This document shows positions 25,937-38,331 of a DNA stretch of 64,000 nucleotides, piece by piece. The stretch spans positions 2,418,001 through 2,482,000 of the forward strand of contig LSRY02000003.1 in assembly GCA_001643675.2 (NCBI GenBank). Direction: 5' to 3'. The first letter of the stretch is position 1. The number at the start of each line of letters is the position of its first letter. A program made the translations under genes and the position numbers. The notes below the pieces were generated by a model. It made no database searches, was not told the origin of the DNA, and saw nothing but the letters and a program-made list of their open reading frames with translations. This stretch comes from Monocercomonoides exilis PA203 (Eukaryota > Protista > Preaxostyla).

Positions 25937-26404
25937 GAAACGAAATTTATTGTTTAATAAATTATGTTCCACACTTCACATTCCAAAAAATTTCTCTATT
26001 TATTTATTTTTCAGTTATTTTCAGCATCATTATGAAAGACTTTTTCTGATACAATTTCAGAAAAAGCTTGGAACAAATTGATATCTTTTTGAAAAACACA
26101 AATATTTTGTTCCATTTGAAAAACTTTTTCACATCCCTTCAAACATAAAGGAAATTGTAATTTCCGTTTTCATATGAAAGAAATTATGCATTATTAAGTT
26201 TTGAGAGAGATTTTGGTAAAGTGTAACTTATTGGGTCAGAGATTTTTCATGGAAATTATCTTGAATTATTTCTTTAATATACTTCATTGTTGAAAATTCG
26301 ATTAATAAATGTGTCATAAAGTTTCAACGATTAACAAATAAGTTGTGAGTTTCAGTGTCGTTACCAAAAATAAAACCAGAATTTTCAAATATTTATAGAA
26401 ACAT

Positions 26405-26662
26405 GGGTGATTGTTTTTGAAATCATATATTTTTTCGGGGTGTTGATTTTTCAAAGACAGTCAGTTTTTTGAAAGACAATTATTTTTTCAAAAGAAAAGA
26501 AGCATAATGATTGTTTCCAATAACTAATGGTTATTCCGAATCAAAGATTAAAATGTATTCAATAAGCCTTTTCACTTTTCAAAGTTTATTTATTGGTATT
26601 CAAGAAATATTTTTGCACCGAAATTTTTGAATGAAAAAATATGATTTCAAAAATAATCACCC
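26405..26662. mobile_element. MITE family A copy (opposite orientation), TSD ACAT
   Basis: ACAT|GGGTGATTGTTTTTGAAATCATA ... TATGATTTCAAAAATAATCACCC|ACAT. Confidence 0.85.
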
Positions 26663-27068
26663 ACATACAAAATTTTCTTCATTCTCCAACGTATTTTCTT
26701 CTCATATTAACTTTAATCAAAAAATCCTCAAAATAATTGTTGTTATAAACAGAATCTGCAGTTATTTCATCATCTTTGAAGTTTTCTTTTCATTATCCAT
26801 AAAAAATATTGAATAGATCTGTCCAACCTATTGAGTGATAATGATTTAAAAATAATATTCTGATAGGATTTTTCATAAATATCATAATTTTTTTTTCAAA
26901 AAATATCATTCGATGAATGATGATATTCAAATGTGTTAAATTTGGTGAAATATTGATAATAATTCACAATAAAAATCGGGACACAATATGTTACATCTTG
27001 CCGAGATTTTCTCATCTTTAAAGTTTTGAAACACAAAACATTCACTATTCTTTGAACTGGAACAATTT

Positions 27069-27712
27069 TTCTTGGTATAATCCGAAGATATCGTCATCCT
27101 CAGATCTTGATGAAATTTTGTCTGTAACTCATCAATGCATTGTACATTAATGTTACACTATTGTCGCATGTCGGAAGTTAATGGTTTTAGAATAATAAAT
27201 TTTTTTGATATTTTTATGATCAAAAAATGAATAGAAAATAATTTTTAGAGTGATATAATTTCATCAATTATACATGAAAAAGGTAATATTTAATAAAAAC
27301 GATGTGAAACAATAATCAACAATAATTTTAAAAATTCTTGAAAGATTAAATTTAATTTTCCTTTAAAAAGAAATAAATAATTTAATTATAGACTTCACAT
27401 TTATTTGTGATTTTTATAAATTAACACTTCAGATAAATCATTCAACAAATTATAAAATTCAAGATGCAAATGAATTAATTAAGATATTCCTTCTTTTTGA
27501 AAAACTTAATCTCAAAAATAAAAAAATAAATTTTGATCAAAACCCATGAAACAAAAAAATCGCTATAAATTGAGTGAATTATTTTAACCAGAAAAAAACA
27601 CATTTCCGAAACACAAAACAAAGATATTCGTTCTTGGAATATGTTAACAAGATAAAATAATTATGAATTAGTGTGTTTTGAAGATGACGATATCTTCGGA
27701 TCATGCCAAGAA
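27069..27712. mobile_element. Candidate MITE bounded by 34-bp inverted repeats (3 mismatches)
   Basis: TTCTTGGTATAATCCGAAGATATCGTCATCCTCA (27069-27102) vs 27679-27712; no clear TSD. Confidence 0.5.
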
Positions 27713-28176
27713 TTTAATTAGATTATTACTCTACGCATTTGATTTTGTTAAAAAACAAATTTTTTTTTTAATTTGATAATTTTTTCTATTCAACACCGAT
27801 TCCTTCAAATAGTCTGATGAAAAAGATAACTCCATTCATTTCGCAAAGCGGTCACCTTTTCCTCAAAACGCATTTATTTTCTAATTTTTAAAAAGTATTT
27901 TTGACTGAACAAAAATGCTTATTAAAAAAGCTATTTCTCTTCAATAATCTCAAATATTTATGAAAAATATTTCGATATCAACAAAAATATATTTATTGTA
28001 AAATAATAATTCGGAAATTTCCATTTTTGTTAATCCGTTACATCTTGGTCTTTGACTGATATGATAAGAATTAACAAACTTAGAGTTAACTCAAAACATT
28101 TTGTTGACAAATTTGAGAGTCAAAGAAATTACACAATCCACTCCAAGTCCAAAGACTGTATTACACATTTTTATCA

Positions 28177-28516
28177 TTAGAAAAATTTACCAATAATGTG
28201 AAGCACAAGAACAACTGCAACAAATCCGATGCTAAGACCAAGTACACCATTCGGACCACTTGAAAGTTTGAAAAGGAAAAAAGTTAAAAACAAAACAAAG
28301 AAAATTCATAACATTAACAAACACAGGAATTCCTGGAGCATCATCTTTCCCATATTGCTTAAACATTCCACTTCCTCCAAATGAAAGAGTTTTTGTCGCT
28401 TTTCCGGATCTTGAAGAACATATCAAAGAATTTTATCACATTCACCAAACAAATAATCATGTAGATACAGATAGAACCTTCTAAATAGAAACAAAACAAA
28501 AGGCAAACCCTGGCAT
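28177..28516 (-). CDS. SEC61B: Protein transport protein Sec61 subunit beta; exons 28516-28509, 28409-28323, 28258-28177
   Basis: Spliced translation MPGSGKATKTLSFGGSGMFKQYGKDDAPGIPVGPNGVLGLSIGFVAVVLVLHIIGKFF* fits the Sec61beta Y.DD.PG..VGP..VL..S..F...V..LHI.GK signature. The first exon is tentative. Confidence 0.9.
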
Positions 28517-28905
28517 TAAATTATCTTTATGATTAATGATCACAAGACCATAACAAGGATTAATTGATTTTCTCATCATTTAATTCAATTAATTCGAAAA
28601 GAATATGTCACAGCAAAACTGAAAATAAATGACTCAAACAAGGTTAAAGCGAAAATAAACATGTCTTCAAACTTGGCTTGAATTAATTATGAAATGAGAC
28701 TTATGAATTATAAATATATCTTTAATCAAAAAAATTCACAAATCATTCAATAAAAACTCACTTCGAATTAAAAAGCAGTGAAATGAGTGAAGTGTCAATT
28801 TATTCCAATTAAAAAAATAAACTTGAACTTTTTAATATTTAATTTTTTTTCATTGCAAACATCTTTCCAATCTATCTTCTTCAACATTCTATAACTGATC
28901 AGTAT

Positions 28906-29825
28906 CTACAAAGAACCTTCATCATCTGAAATACTTAAATCATCAACATCGCAATCAGAACTATCTGTAATATCGTCACAAGAATCTGCTTTTTTTGTGT
29001 GCAATTTTTTCTCTTTTCCTTTTTCTTCATGTTTGCAATTATGAGTTTCTTCTTCTTCCTCTTCATGAGAATGCCTAATTTTTCATCATCAAAAAAATTA
29101 AAACAAAAATAAAATACAAATTACTAAAAAAAACCCTTCTCCTTTATCTAATCTTCGTTGCACAGTCCTTAGAGTTCTTTCTGCTAGTCTTCCAGTTTCT
29201 TGAAGTTCTATATTTTCCAATAATGATAAAACTGTCTAAAATCATTTATACAAATTGCAAGCCTTTTTCGTACTCGGGAAAATGCTCAACAATTTCTTCA
29301 TAGCTCATTTCGTGGGCATCGTGACAACATTCCTCTTCATCTTTTTGTTTTGATTTTCCTTTTCTTGATGCAGGAGCTGGCCTTAACGCTCTTGATGATG
29401 CATAACAAAAGAAAACCAATAAATTGAAAGAATAAATAATAAAACAAATAATACTTTAACTGAGTTAAATTTTTAGCTGAACATTTTGCACAAATATCCT
29501 TTGCTTTGGCACAATTCTCGCAATGAAGCATATATGCAAATACAACAGTCTTCTCTGAACAAGAGGAGCTAAAAAAAATCGTTCATCATGCGTATATATA
29601 CAAATAAAGAACATACCATCTTCTTGGAACAGAAAGGGGCTTGTATTTCTTATACTGCTTTTTCCATTGAATAATTCCTTCACAAGATGGACATAAATAC
29701 TGAGACGTTGGTGCTTCCAGAAGTTTTTCTTCTATTGGAGAAAACTTCTTTTTTATCTTAAAAGCAAACGAGTTTTGATGCTTTTGTGGCCTTTTCCGAA
29801 CGGCATTTCCTTTCTGAGTGCTCAT
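28906..29825 (-). CDS. C9orf85 / DUF2039 family CxxC zinc-binding protein, multi-exon
   Basis: MSTQKGNAVRKRPQKHQNSFAFK...CPSCEGIIQWKKQYKKYKPL..PRRC|SSC...HCENC...ICAKC. Intron 1 is 29616-29569 (GT-AG, 48 nt). Later exon boundaries are tentative; acidic tail ends at TAG 28906. Confidence 0.85.
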
Positions 29826-30015
29826 AGATAATAAATAAATTATTATGGTTATTTATTATCAATTGAAGAGTTTCTATGATATATTTGATATATATACAAA
29901 ACAAAATTTTCATCTATTCATAGTTTATCAATAATTGTCATAAAGTATACTTTACGCGATCTTTTTGTGTGCATTGTTTAACCACCAAAAGCAAAAATTT
30001 TCGCATTTTTTGAAG
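29826..30015. promoter_or_regulatory. Probable bidirectional promoter region (~190 bp)
   Basis: Short AT-rich gap between head-to-head start codons at 29825 (-) and 30016 (+). Confidence 0.45.
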
Positions 30016-33000
30016 ATGTTTGTACTTCATACATTTTTTTTATTTATATATTTCACGGACACTTTTCCTGTTTTTTATTTCGCAGGTCTTTTGATCCTTC
30101 GAATTTCTACCCAGCAAATCATTTGGATAGTCCATTCAACGATCTAACTGAGCCTTACAGATATCTTTCACCCACTTTTGATGGCTTTCCACCACAACCT
30201 TCCTCGCCAATAGATGCGCTGTCAAGTTCTTTGTTTGCTCATTCTCCAAACGAAAAGACTCTTCAAACCTCGCCAAATCTAGTATTGAGCCCAAACATAA
30301 CAACGACACTTGAGCAAAGCAACACTCAAGAATCAAATGATCTTGAAGGACAAAAGATTTTTTCTAATAGTTCGACAAGTCAGGAATTTTCCGGAAATTT
30401 TCCTGATTTTCAAAAATATACTCCTACCGAGTCGGCTGGTGCACAAATCAACGACGATGAAGATAAAAGAGGGGATCAAGATTGTAAAGCATTAGAGGAT
30501 TGGCCACGTTCCTTAATATCGGAGGACTTCAATGAACTATCACAGAATAAATCAATCTCGGAAATTTCTTCAATGACTACTTCATCATCTAAAGGGTCTT
30601 CGAGCATACCAGCAATGCAAATGAATGAAAAGCAATCTACGAATACATCCCCTATTTCATTCAACCCATCTACACATTCATCTTCATCACCTGTCACATT
30701 TTTGCATCCATCTCCGCATAAGAATATTTTTGAGGAAATTTCCTTTGAGCCAGCGTCAAGTCGGGACCTCAATTGCTCTCCAACGTCGTCTTCGCCGCCC
30801 GCCGCGGGAACACGCCCAATGAACTCCCTTGCCTCGTCGTCCTTCCAGCCAGGCAGAAATTCCGGCTCATACACTGAGCCCTTCTATGGCACGCCATCAG
30901 CTGTCTCGGCTCCCAGCAGCGTTTCTGTGCCTTCCACAAGCTTCGCATACCCCCTCTCAATGCCCTCGCTCCGCAGCCAGGCGCTGTCAGAGGCAGCCAA
31001 CCCAGACTCCCCCGTCATCGGCGTCTTCTCAAACAATTCTTCTGCTCTTTCATCTTCCAACTACCCTTCTTCCTCTCTTCTGAACACATCCTCTTCACCT
31101 CAGTCCGCTCAGCCTCTGCCGCTGCAGCTTCATCTGCCGCCTTCCCCGCCTTCCTCGTCGTACATGCTCAACAGCTCATATGATCCTGTTGCAAATTCCC
31201 CGGATGCCTTTCCTTCTTCTTCTATCTCTCCTTACTCTTCCTCTTCCTCTTCTACCTCTTCTTCCTCATCTTCCTCATCCTCTTCTTCCTCTTCCTCCTC
31301 CTCTTCCTCCTCCTTCTCCTACTCATTCCCCCTCTCCCACTTCTCCTCCGCGTCCAAAGCGCAGAGTCCACAGCCCCCTCAGAACATTCTGCTTCCTCCG
31401 CCTGGCCTTTCTCTGCCTTCTCCTCAGCCAGCCTCTTACACAAGACAACAAACAGCTCAAATGAACAATCAAATGAACAATCAAATGAACAATCAAATGA
31501 ACAATCAAATGAACAATCAAATGAACAGCCAATTGTCTTCACAATTGTCCTCTCAAATCTCTTCTCCACAGGCCCCAATGTTGAGCATGCCATTTGCTCT
31601 GCCTTCTTCTCACCCTTCGCCCGCCCTCCCTCTTCCTGCAGCGCCCACATTCTGCGCGGCGCGGGAGCACCCGCTTCCGCCTTCTTCTTCTTCTTCTTCC
31701 ACCTCCTCTTCTCTCTCTTCTTCTTCTTCCTCTTCTTCCTCTTCTCTCCCACCAGCAGCCACTCAACAGCAGCTGATGCATTTGTCTATGTTCACCAAGC
31801 TTCCCTCTGTTCTTCCTTCTCAACTGCCTCAAAAACCAGAAATGAGAACTAATTACACGCAATCACAAGGACGTGGCATAAATACTTTTACTACTTTTTC
31901 TTCTTCTTCTTCTTCTTCTTCTTCTTCTCCCTCTTCATCCTCTTCCTCTTCTTCCTCCTCCTCTTCTCCTTCTCTTTCTCAGCTTCAAACACAAACTTTG
32001 CCTGTGTCTCAATCTCATATGGAATATCCAACAGACTCATTCGAAGCAAAGCCATTCAAAATCGGCTCTTTACCTCCTGCCCCTTCCATCTCCCCTTTCT
32101 CTTCCGTTCGTTCTTCTATGCCTTCTTCTTCTTCTTCTTCTTCTTCTTCTTCTTCCTCCTCCTCTTCCTCTCATCCCTTTAGAGCTGTTTTGTATGTTGC
32201 TGAGTCTTCTCCTTCAACAAGAGCCAGTTCTGTTTCAGTTGCTCAGCAAACAAGACGATTTCCTCAGCCACAGCCAATTCCAGTGACGATGGGGAGAACG
32301 GGACACGGGAAGATGATGGGGATGGAGAAGGAGAAAGAGAGAGAAAAAGAAGGAAAAGAAGCAAATGAACAAATCAACAGTTCGATTTCTAGTCTTCCTC
32401 CATCAGCTTGTCTTCTTCCTCCTCCTCTTTCGTTTGACCCAACAAAGACAACAATGGAGAGATCAGCCAGCAGCACATCGCTCATTCAGCATCTTCATGC
32501 AGACTTAAGAGCAGAAATGAGAGATGGAACAACTTCTTCCTCTTCTTCCTCTTCCTCTTCTTCCTCTTTCTCTTCCTCTTCTTCCTCTTCCTCTCCTTCT
32601 CCTTCTTCTTCTTTTTCTTCTTCGATTTATTCCTCTGCTTATGTACCTTCGTATGTTTCTACTTCCTCTTCTTCTCCTTCTCTCTCTGTTTCTTCGATTT
32701 CTCCTTCCATTTCTTCCATTTCTTCTTCCTCTTCTCCTTCTCTTTCCTCCTCCTCCTCCTCCTCCTCCTCTTCTTCCTCTTTCTCTTCTTCTTCTCCTTC
32801 CATTGAAACTAACCTCCATTCTCTCCCTTACCCTCACTCATTCAAACCTTCTCTTCAGAAGTTTCTGCCTATGAAAGCGCAACAACAGTCGCGCTTTCGC
32901 CATCCTTTTGGCGCTACACAGAAATCTTCTTCTGCTTCTTCAAATTCTTCTTCTTCTTCTTTTTCCTCTTCCTCTTCCTCTTCCTCTTCTTCTCGTTCTT

Positions 33001-33722
33001 CTTCTTCTTCCTCCTCCTCTTCTTCTTCCTCCTCCTCCAAAAACACTCACAAGCTCCCCGTCGAAGACATCATCCCAGAGGCCAAGCAGAAGCAGATGGT
33101 CTCTTCTTTGCCACTCCCCATGCAGCTGCTGATCAACAAGAAGGACAAAGCCTTTCTCAATCATTATCTCATTGCCCTGCCTTCTTTCCAGTCGCAGAGA
33201 AGACACAAAGGTTACTTCAAAGCCACGCTCTCGAGAGAGAGACAGACGGCGTGGATTTCGTGTGGGGAGGTGTGAAGGAGAAGAGAGAGAGAGAAAAAAA
33301 AAGACAGTTTATTTTATTCATTTTTTCGATGAAATTTTAATTAATAATTATTTTCCTATTTATAAACACATATTTATTCTTTCAAACAAAAATATTTTAT
33401 TAATTAATTAATTTATTTATTTTTCTTTTCTTTTCTCTTTCTCATTCTCTTTCTCTTCTACCAGTTCCCCGATAACGTCTTCTGTGACCTTCGCAAAGTG
33501 TCTCCCTCTCAGCAGAAGCTGCTGGAGCCAGGCTATGCGGTCGAGTTCAACGTAGTCCTGAACCAAAAAGAGCAGTCGTATTTTGCGGCGGAGCATGTTG
33601 TGATATTCTCCCCTGAACAAGAAGCACCCGATGAAAAGGAAAGATACGTATGTATTTATTACCAGACTCCGAAGGGATGCAGAAAGGGAGCAAACTGCCC
33701 GTTTATACACCCGAAGGTGTAA
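30016..33722 (+). CDS. Ser/Pro-rich low-complexity protein with C-terminal cold-shock-like OB domain and CCCH zinc finger (putative RNA-binding); introns 30018-30085 and 33270-33464
   Basis: The 1050-aa ORF joins in frame via GAG|GTGTGA...CCAG|TTC to FPDNVFCDL...LEPGYAVEFNV...AAEHV and CIYYQTPKGCRKGANCPFIH (C-x8-C-x5-C-x3-H). Confidence 0.8.
31458..31526 (+). repeat. 12-bp coding tandem repeat (CAAATGAACAAT)n = (QMNN)n, ~5.8 units
   Basis: Directly visible. Confidence 0.9.
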
Positions 33723-35280
33723 GGGGGGAGGGTGGGGGGAAGAGGAGGAGAGTGAGGGTGAGAGGAGAGGAGAGGAGGGAAGGGAATGGAAGAGAAAGAA
33801 GAGAAGGAGAAGAGGAGGAAAGAAAAAGAGAGGAAGAGTTGAATACGAAGTGAAGGGTGATAGAGTAAAGGGGAAAGAGATAGAGAAGGGAAGTTAGAGA
33901 GAAAGAGAAGAGAGAGAGAGAGAGAAGAAGGGGTTAGATTGGAGTACTGATCGACAGATCATATCTTATTTTTCTTAATTTTCTTGTTTTCTTAATTTTC
34001 TTCTCTCTCTCTCTCTTCTCTCTTTCTCTCTTTCTCTCTCTCTTTCTCTATTTCTTCTCTCTTTATTTTGTTCTCCGTCAATTTCTTATTCTATTTCTTA
34101 TCTTTATCTACATATATATATTTCTCTTCTTCTTCTTCCTTTTTTTATTGTTATTCCATTCGTTCTCCTTTCTATTTGTTATTGCTATTAATCTTCTATT
34201 GTTATTCTTCTGTTGTTCTTTTTCTCTTCTTCTGTTGAAGAAGTTTTTTTGTTTCTTTGTGTATTTCTCATTCTTCTTGTTTCAGTGAGTGAATGATAGA
34301 GAGGGAGAGAAAGAGAGAAAGAGAGGGAAGAAGAAATGAAGAGGGATGTGTCATTGCCAAAAGACAATGAAATTCTTCAGAAAGAGAGAGAAGGAAGGAA
34401 GGAAGAAGGAGGAGAAAGAAGAAGAGGGGGAAGAAGGAGAAGGGGGAGGAGGGGCAGAAATCACACCTCTTTGCAGAAATGATTGATTTTCTTGCAATCG
34501 ATTGAAGGACATCACTTTGATTTGATTACAACACTTAGATTACACAGACAAGGATTCATTCATTTGATTACTGCAGTTACATTGCATTGACATATCAATC
34601 AGAATGTTTCATACACTTTCATCAGTTTGATTTTATTATTACGTCAATAAGATTCCCATCACACCAAATCCAGCTAAATCAATCCATTTGCATCAATTGT
34701 ACTACACCTGACTTGCAACTCTTTCCAATGCAGGGACGTTCTTTATGTTATCTCCATGTTTATTTATATTCAGAAAAAGAAAAAGGAAAAAAAAAAAGAA
34801 TCAATGAAAATTCATCAAATTAAAAGAAGAAGATAAAAAAGGTAAGTTTTTTTTTTAAAATTAAATTTTATGTTTTTATAAAGTGCGAATTGTTATGATA
34901 TTCCATTCGAAGCGGTTTTTGAGGCTGTTATTTGTTTGGCTGATGATGTTATTGATAACATTAATCAGACAGACAAGAAAAGCAAATGTTCGGAAATTTA
35001 AAACAATTTTATCGAAAACTGCTTCTTTTGGGTTGAAACAATATCTGCTTTAAAATGAAAATTCATTCGTTTTGTTTTCTTTTCTTTGCTTTTTTTTTAC
35101 TTTTGCTTTATTTTTAAAATTTAATCTTTTTTGTTACTTGCCTAAATGTCTGCTTTTTATAAATTGATAATTCCATTTCGTTCATTTGTCAAACACATCT
35201 TTGCATTCTTTATATGATTTTATTTCAGAGTATTTTTCCTTTCATTAACATGTAAATTTATTTTTATTTAACAAAACCGT

Positions 35281-35335
35281 ATTTTATTTTATTTTATTTT
35301 ATTTTATTTTATTTTATTTTATTTTATTTTATTTT
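35281..35335. repeat. (ATTTT)n microsatellite
   Basis: Directly visible. Confidence 0.9.
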
Positions 35336-35792
35336 GCTTTCATATAATTTTCTGACAGATAATTATAATCCCTTTTTTCGCTTTTGTTTTTTTTATCCGT
35401 TCATTCTTTTTAAATCAAATCGCTTTTTTCTCAGTAAAATTGTTAGATGTTGGTATTTCATCAATGTAATTGATGATTTATTTAATTTAATTTAATTTAA
35501 TTTGGATTTATTTTATTTTATTTTTGTTTTTATCTTGTAGAAGTTCATGTTAAGCTTGATATTTTTTCAATGCAGACGCATAAAGCGCATTATGTTTGTG
35601 TGTTAGATTGTTCCTTTTTCTTCTTCCTTACAGTTTTATAATCATCTTTACACCACGAATCAAAAATGTTGACTTGTGAGCTTTAACTTCCTTATAGGTT
35701 TATTTTTATTTTATTTTATTTTGTTTTATTTTGAAATTTCTTTGATGTTATTTTGATGTCTTTTTATTTTTCTTCCCTTGTTCTTTCTTCAA

Positions 35793-35908
<116 letters not shown>

Positions 35909-37009
35909 TCCTTCTTTTTTTATCTTCCTTTTTTATCTTTCTCGTATATATATTTTTTCCCTTTCTGTTTCTTATTAACTTTGCCTTTTTCTTGTTCTAT
36001 CTCAAACTCTCCCCTATTTCCTCTTTCTTTTTTAATTTACTCATTTGTTCTGATTATCTTTTTATTCTCCTTCTTTATGTTCTTCTTCTTCTTCTTCTTC
36101 TTCTCGCCCTTCTTCTTTGCTTTCGTTCAAATTTACTCTTTTAATTTTTTTATTAAAAAAAGTGGTTAACGTTTGTGTTTTTTGTATCTAAGCATTTTCA
36201 TCACCTTGAGTGGTTGTATTTCTAACGATAAAAAAATTTTAATAAAAAAAATATAAATTTTTAAAAGATTGAATTTTCCACTCATTGATATTGACTGAGT
36301 TTTTGCGATGATTCTCTTAATTGCAAATGTCGTGTGATGTTGGTCTCTACTTTTATCTGGCTGCAAATGAACCATTCTGAGCATCGAACCAGACTTCTCA
36401 TTTCTCTGGCCATTCTGCTTTCGGGGCAATGGTTGTTTAAGAGCAACTCCTTTTCTTTGCTAAGTCATATTCTTCCTGTTTTTTCTTTTCTTTTTTTTAT
36501 AAAATATATCAGATTTAACCACTATCTTGAATATTTTTTAAACATTTTCATTTTCTTCTGTAAGATTTTGTTTTTACATAATCATTTTTCTTTCTTATTT
36601 AAAAAGTTTTTTTCTTGAAACAAGTTTAATAATACTCCAATCTTTATTCAATTACTGATATTTTCTATTTGCTTAGTGTCTCTTATACACGTGTTGTTAT
36701 GTAACTCTTTAACATATTGCATCATTATTAGAGCTAACTTTTTTTTTCCAAATGTGAATCCGATGAAATTGCACAAGCAAAAAAAAAAAAAAAAGATAAT
36801 AAAGTTGAACTTCTATTTCTCTAAACATTTTTCGTTTTCATTGTAGAAAACATTTGCAATCATATAATAATTTGGATAAAAAATGTATTGAAGGAATAGT
36901 GAAAGGATTTGAACAGTTTCATTTTCTTAATCAAAACAAACCACAAAAGTTCTAAAATAAAATCAAGCAGTTTTAAAGCATCTAATTCATTATTCGATTT
37001 CCTTCTCGT

Positions 37010-38331
37010 TCCATCTCTCACTTCCATCACTTCCTTCACACTCACTCAACCCATTCACCTCAACCACCTCTTCCTCTTCTCTCTCTTCCACCAACACCAA
37101 TGTCAATTCAATTCCTTCATTCTCCCTTCACTCATCCCTCTCTATCCACTCAACCATCTTCCTCCACACCCACAACCCCATCGATGGAGCCATTCTCCCC
37201 AACCTCAACAGCCCCTCCACATCCATCTCTGCCTTCAACACCTCTTTCCTCAGCCATACACGTTCTTCCTCTAATGATGTTGTAAGATATAACGGATCCG
37301 AAACTCAAAAAAAGGAATTAAGTCGATTGCCCTTTACTGATTTGAATAGCTATCTCTTTGAGTGGTGTGAATGGAATGATTCAACTGGTGGATCAAGTCG
37401 TGGAGGTGCACTTTATGTCAACTGCAGCAATGCCAATCTCACAATCACTTCTTGCTCATTCAACAAATGCTCATCTAGTAATGGTCATGGAGGAGCATTG
37501 TATTGTGAAAGTTTGTTGAAGATAAACATCACCAAATCAAATTTCTCAAACTGCTCTGCAGTTCATGGAGGTGCTGTCAACACATGGTATCCGCAATCAA
37601 ATTCTATTTTTCACATTTCGGAAAATAGAGTTGAAAATTGTTCAATAACATATTGGTGCGGAACCGGTTGGTATTTCTTGTTAAATGACTTGTCTGCATC
37701 TGGTCAATTCTTGTTCACAAACTGCAAGTGCATCGCAAATTCTGGTGGTGATGCTGCTGGCTCTCTCACGTTTCATTGGCCTCCGAATAACAAGCCCAAC
37801 CTGTTTTCAATCGTTGAGTGTCAGTTCATCAATAACAAATTAACTTCATCATCCACTTATGGCGGAGCCGGAATATACTTTGATGGAACTTACTCTTGGA
37901 TGAATGGAATAAAATTCATCACATTCTGTTTCTTCGATGGCAACACTGCCAAAAATGGCAGAGGAAACGATGTCTTTTTCAATGGCAGCAGTATCACCCA
38001 ATCTCCATTTGAGAATTGTGGCTCAACAACTCCAACAAAAAGAGTGTGGAATAATGGAACAGCAGACAATGCAGTGTACAATGGCTGGCTCCCCCTCGTT
38101 GCCCAGAACAAAATCGTTGCCAGCAATGGAACTGATGCTGATGCCTGTGGCAGACCCCAACAGACCCCATGTGCCACCATCGAGTATGCCCTCACCAGCT
38201 TCATTTCTCTCCTCCAAGATGCATCTCTCACCCTCCTTTCCTCAACATTTGTTCCAACTCAAACACTCACATCCAGCGCAGTTGACACAAAAACAACAGG
38301 AAATAATGACTTTTTTCTGATTCTCATATAA
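37010..38331 (+). pseudogene. Beta-helix family copy F: ATG-less open cassette, strongly mosaic
   Basis: Linker homology from ~37010, core open to AVDTKTTGN. The ORF-track start is TTG. Confidence 0.75.
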
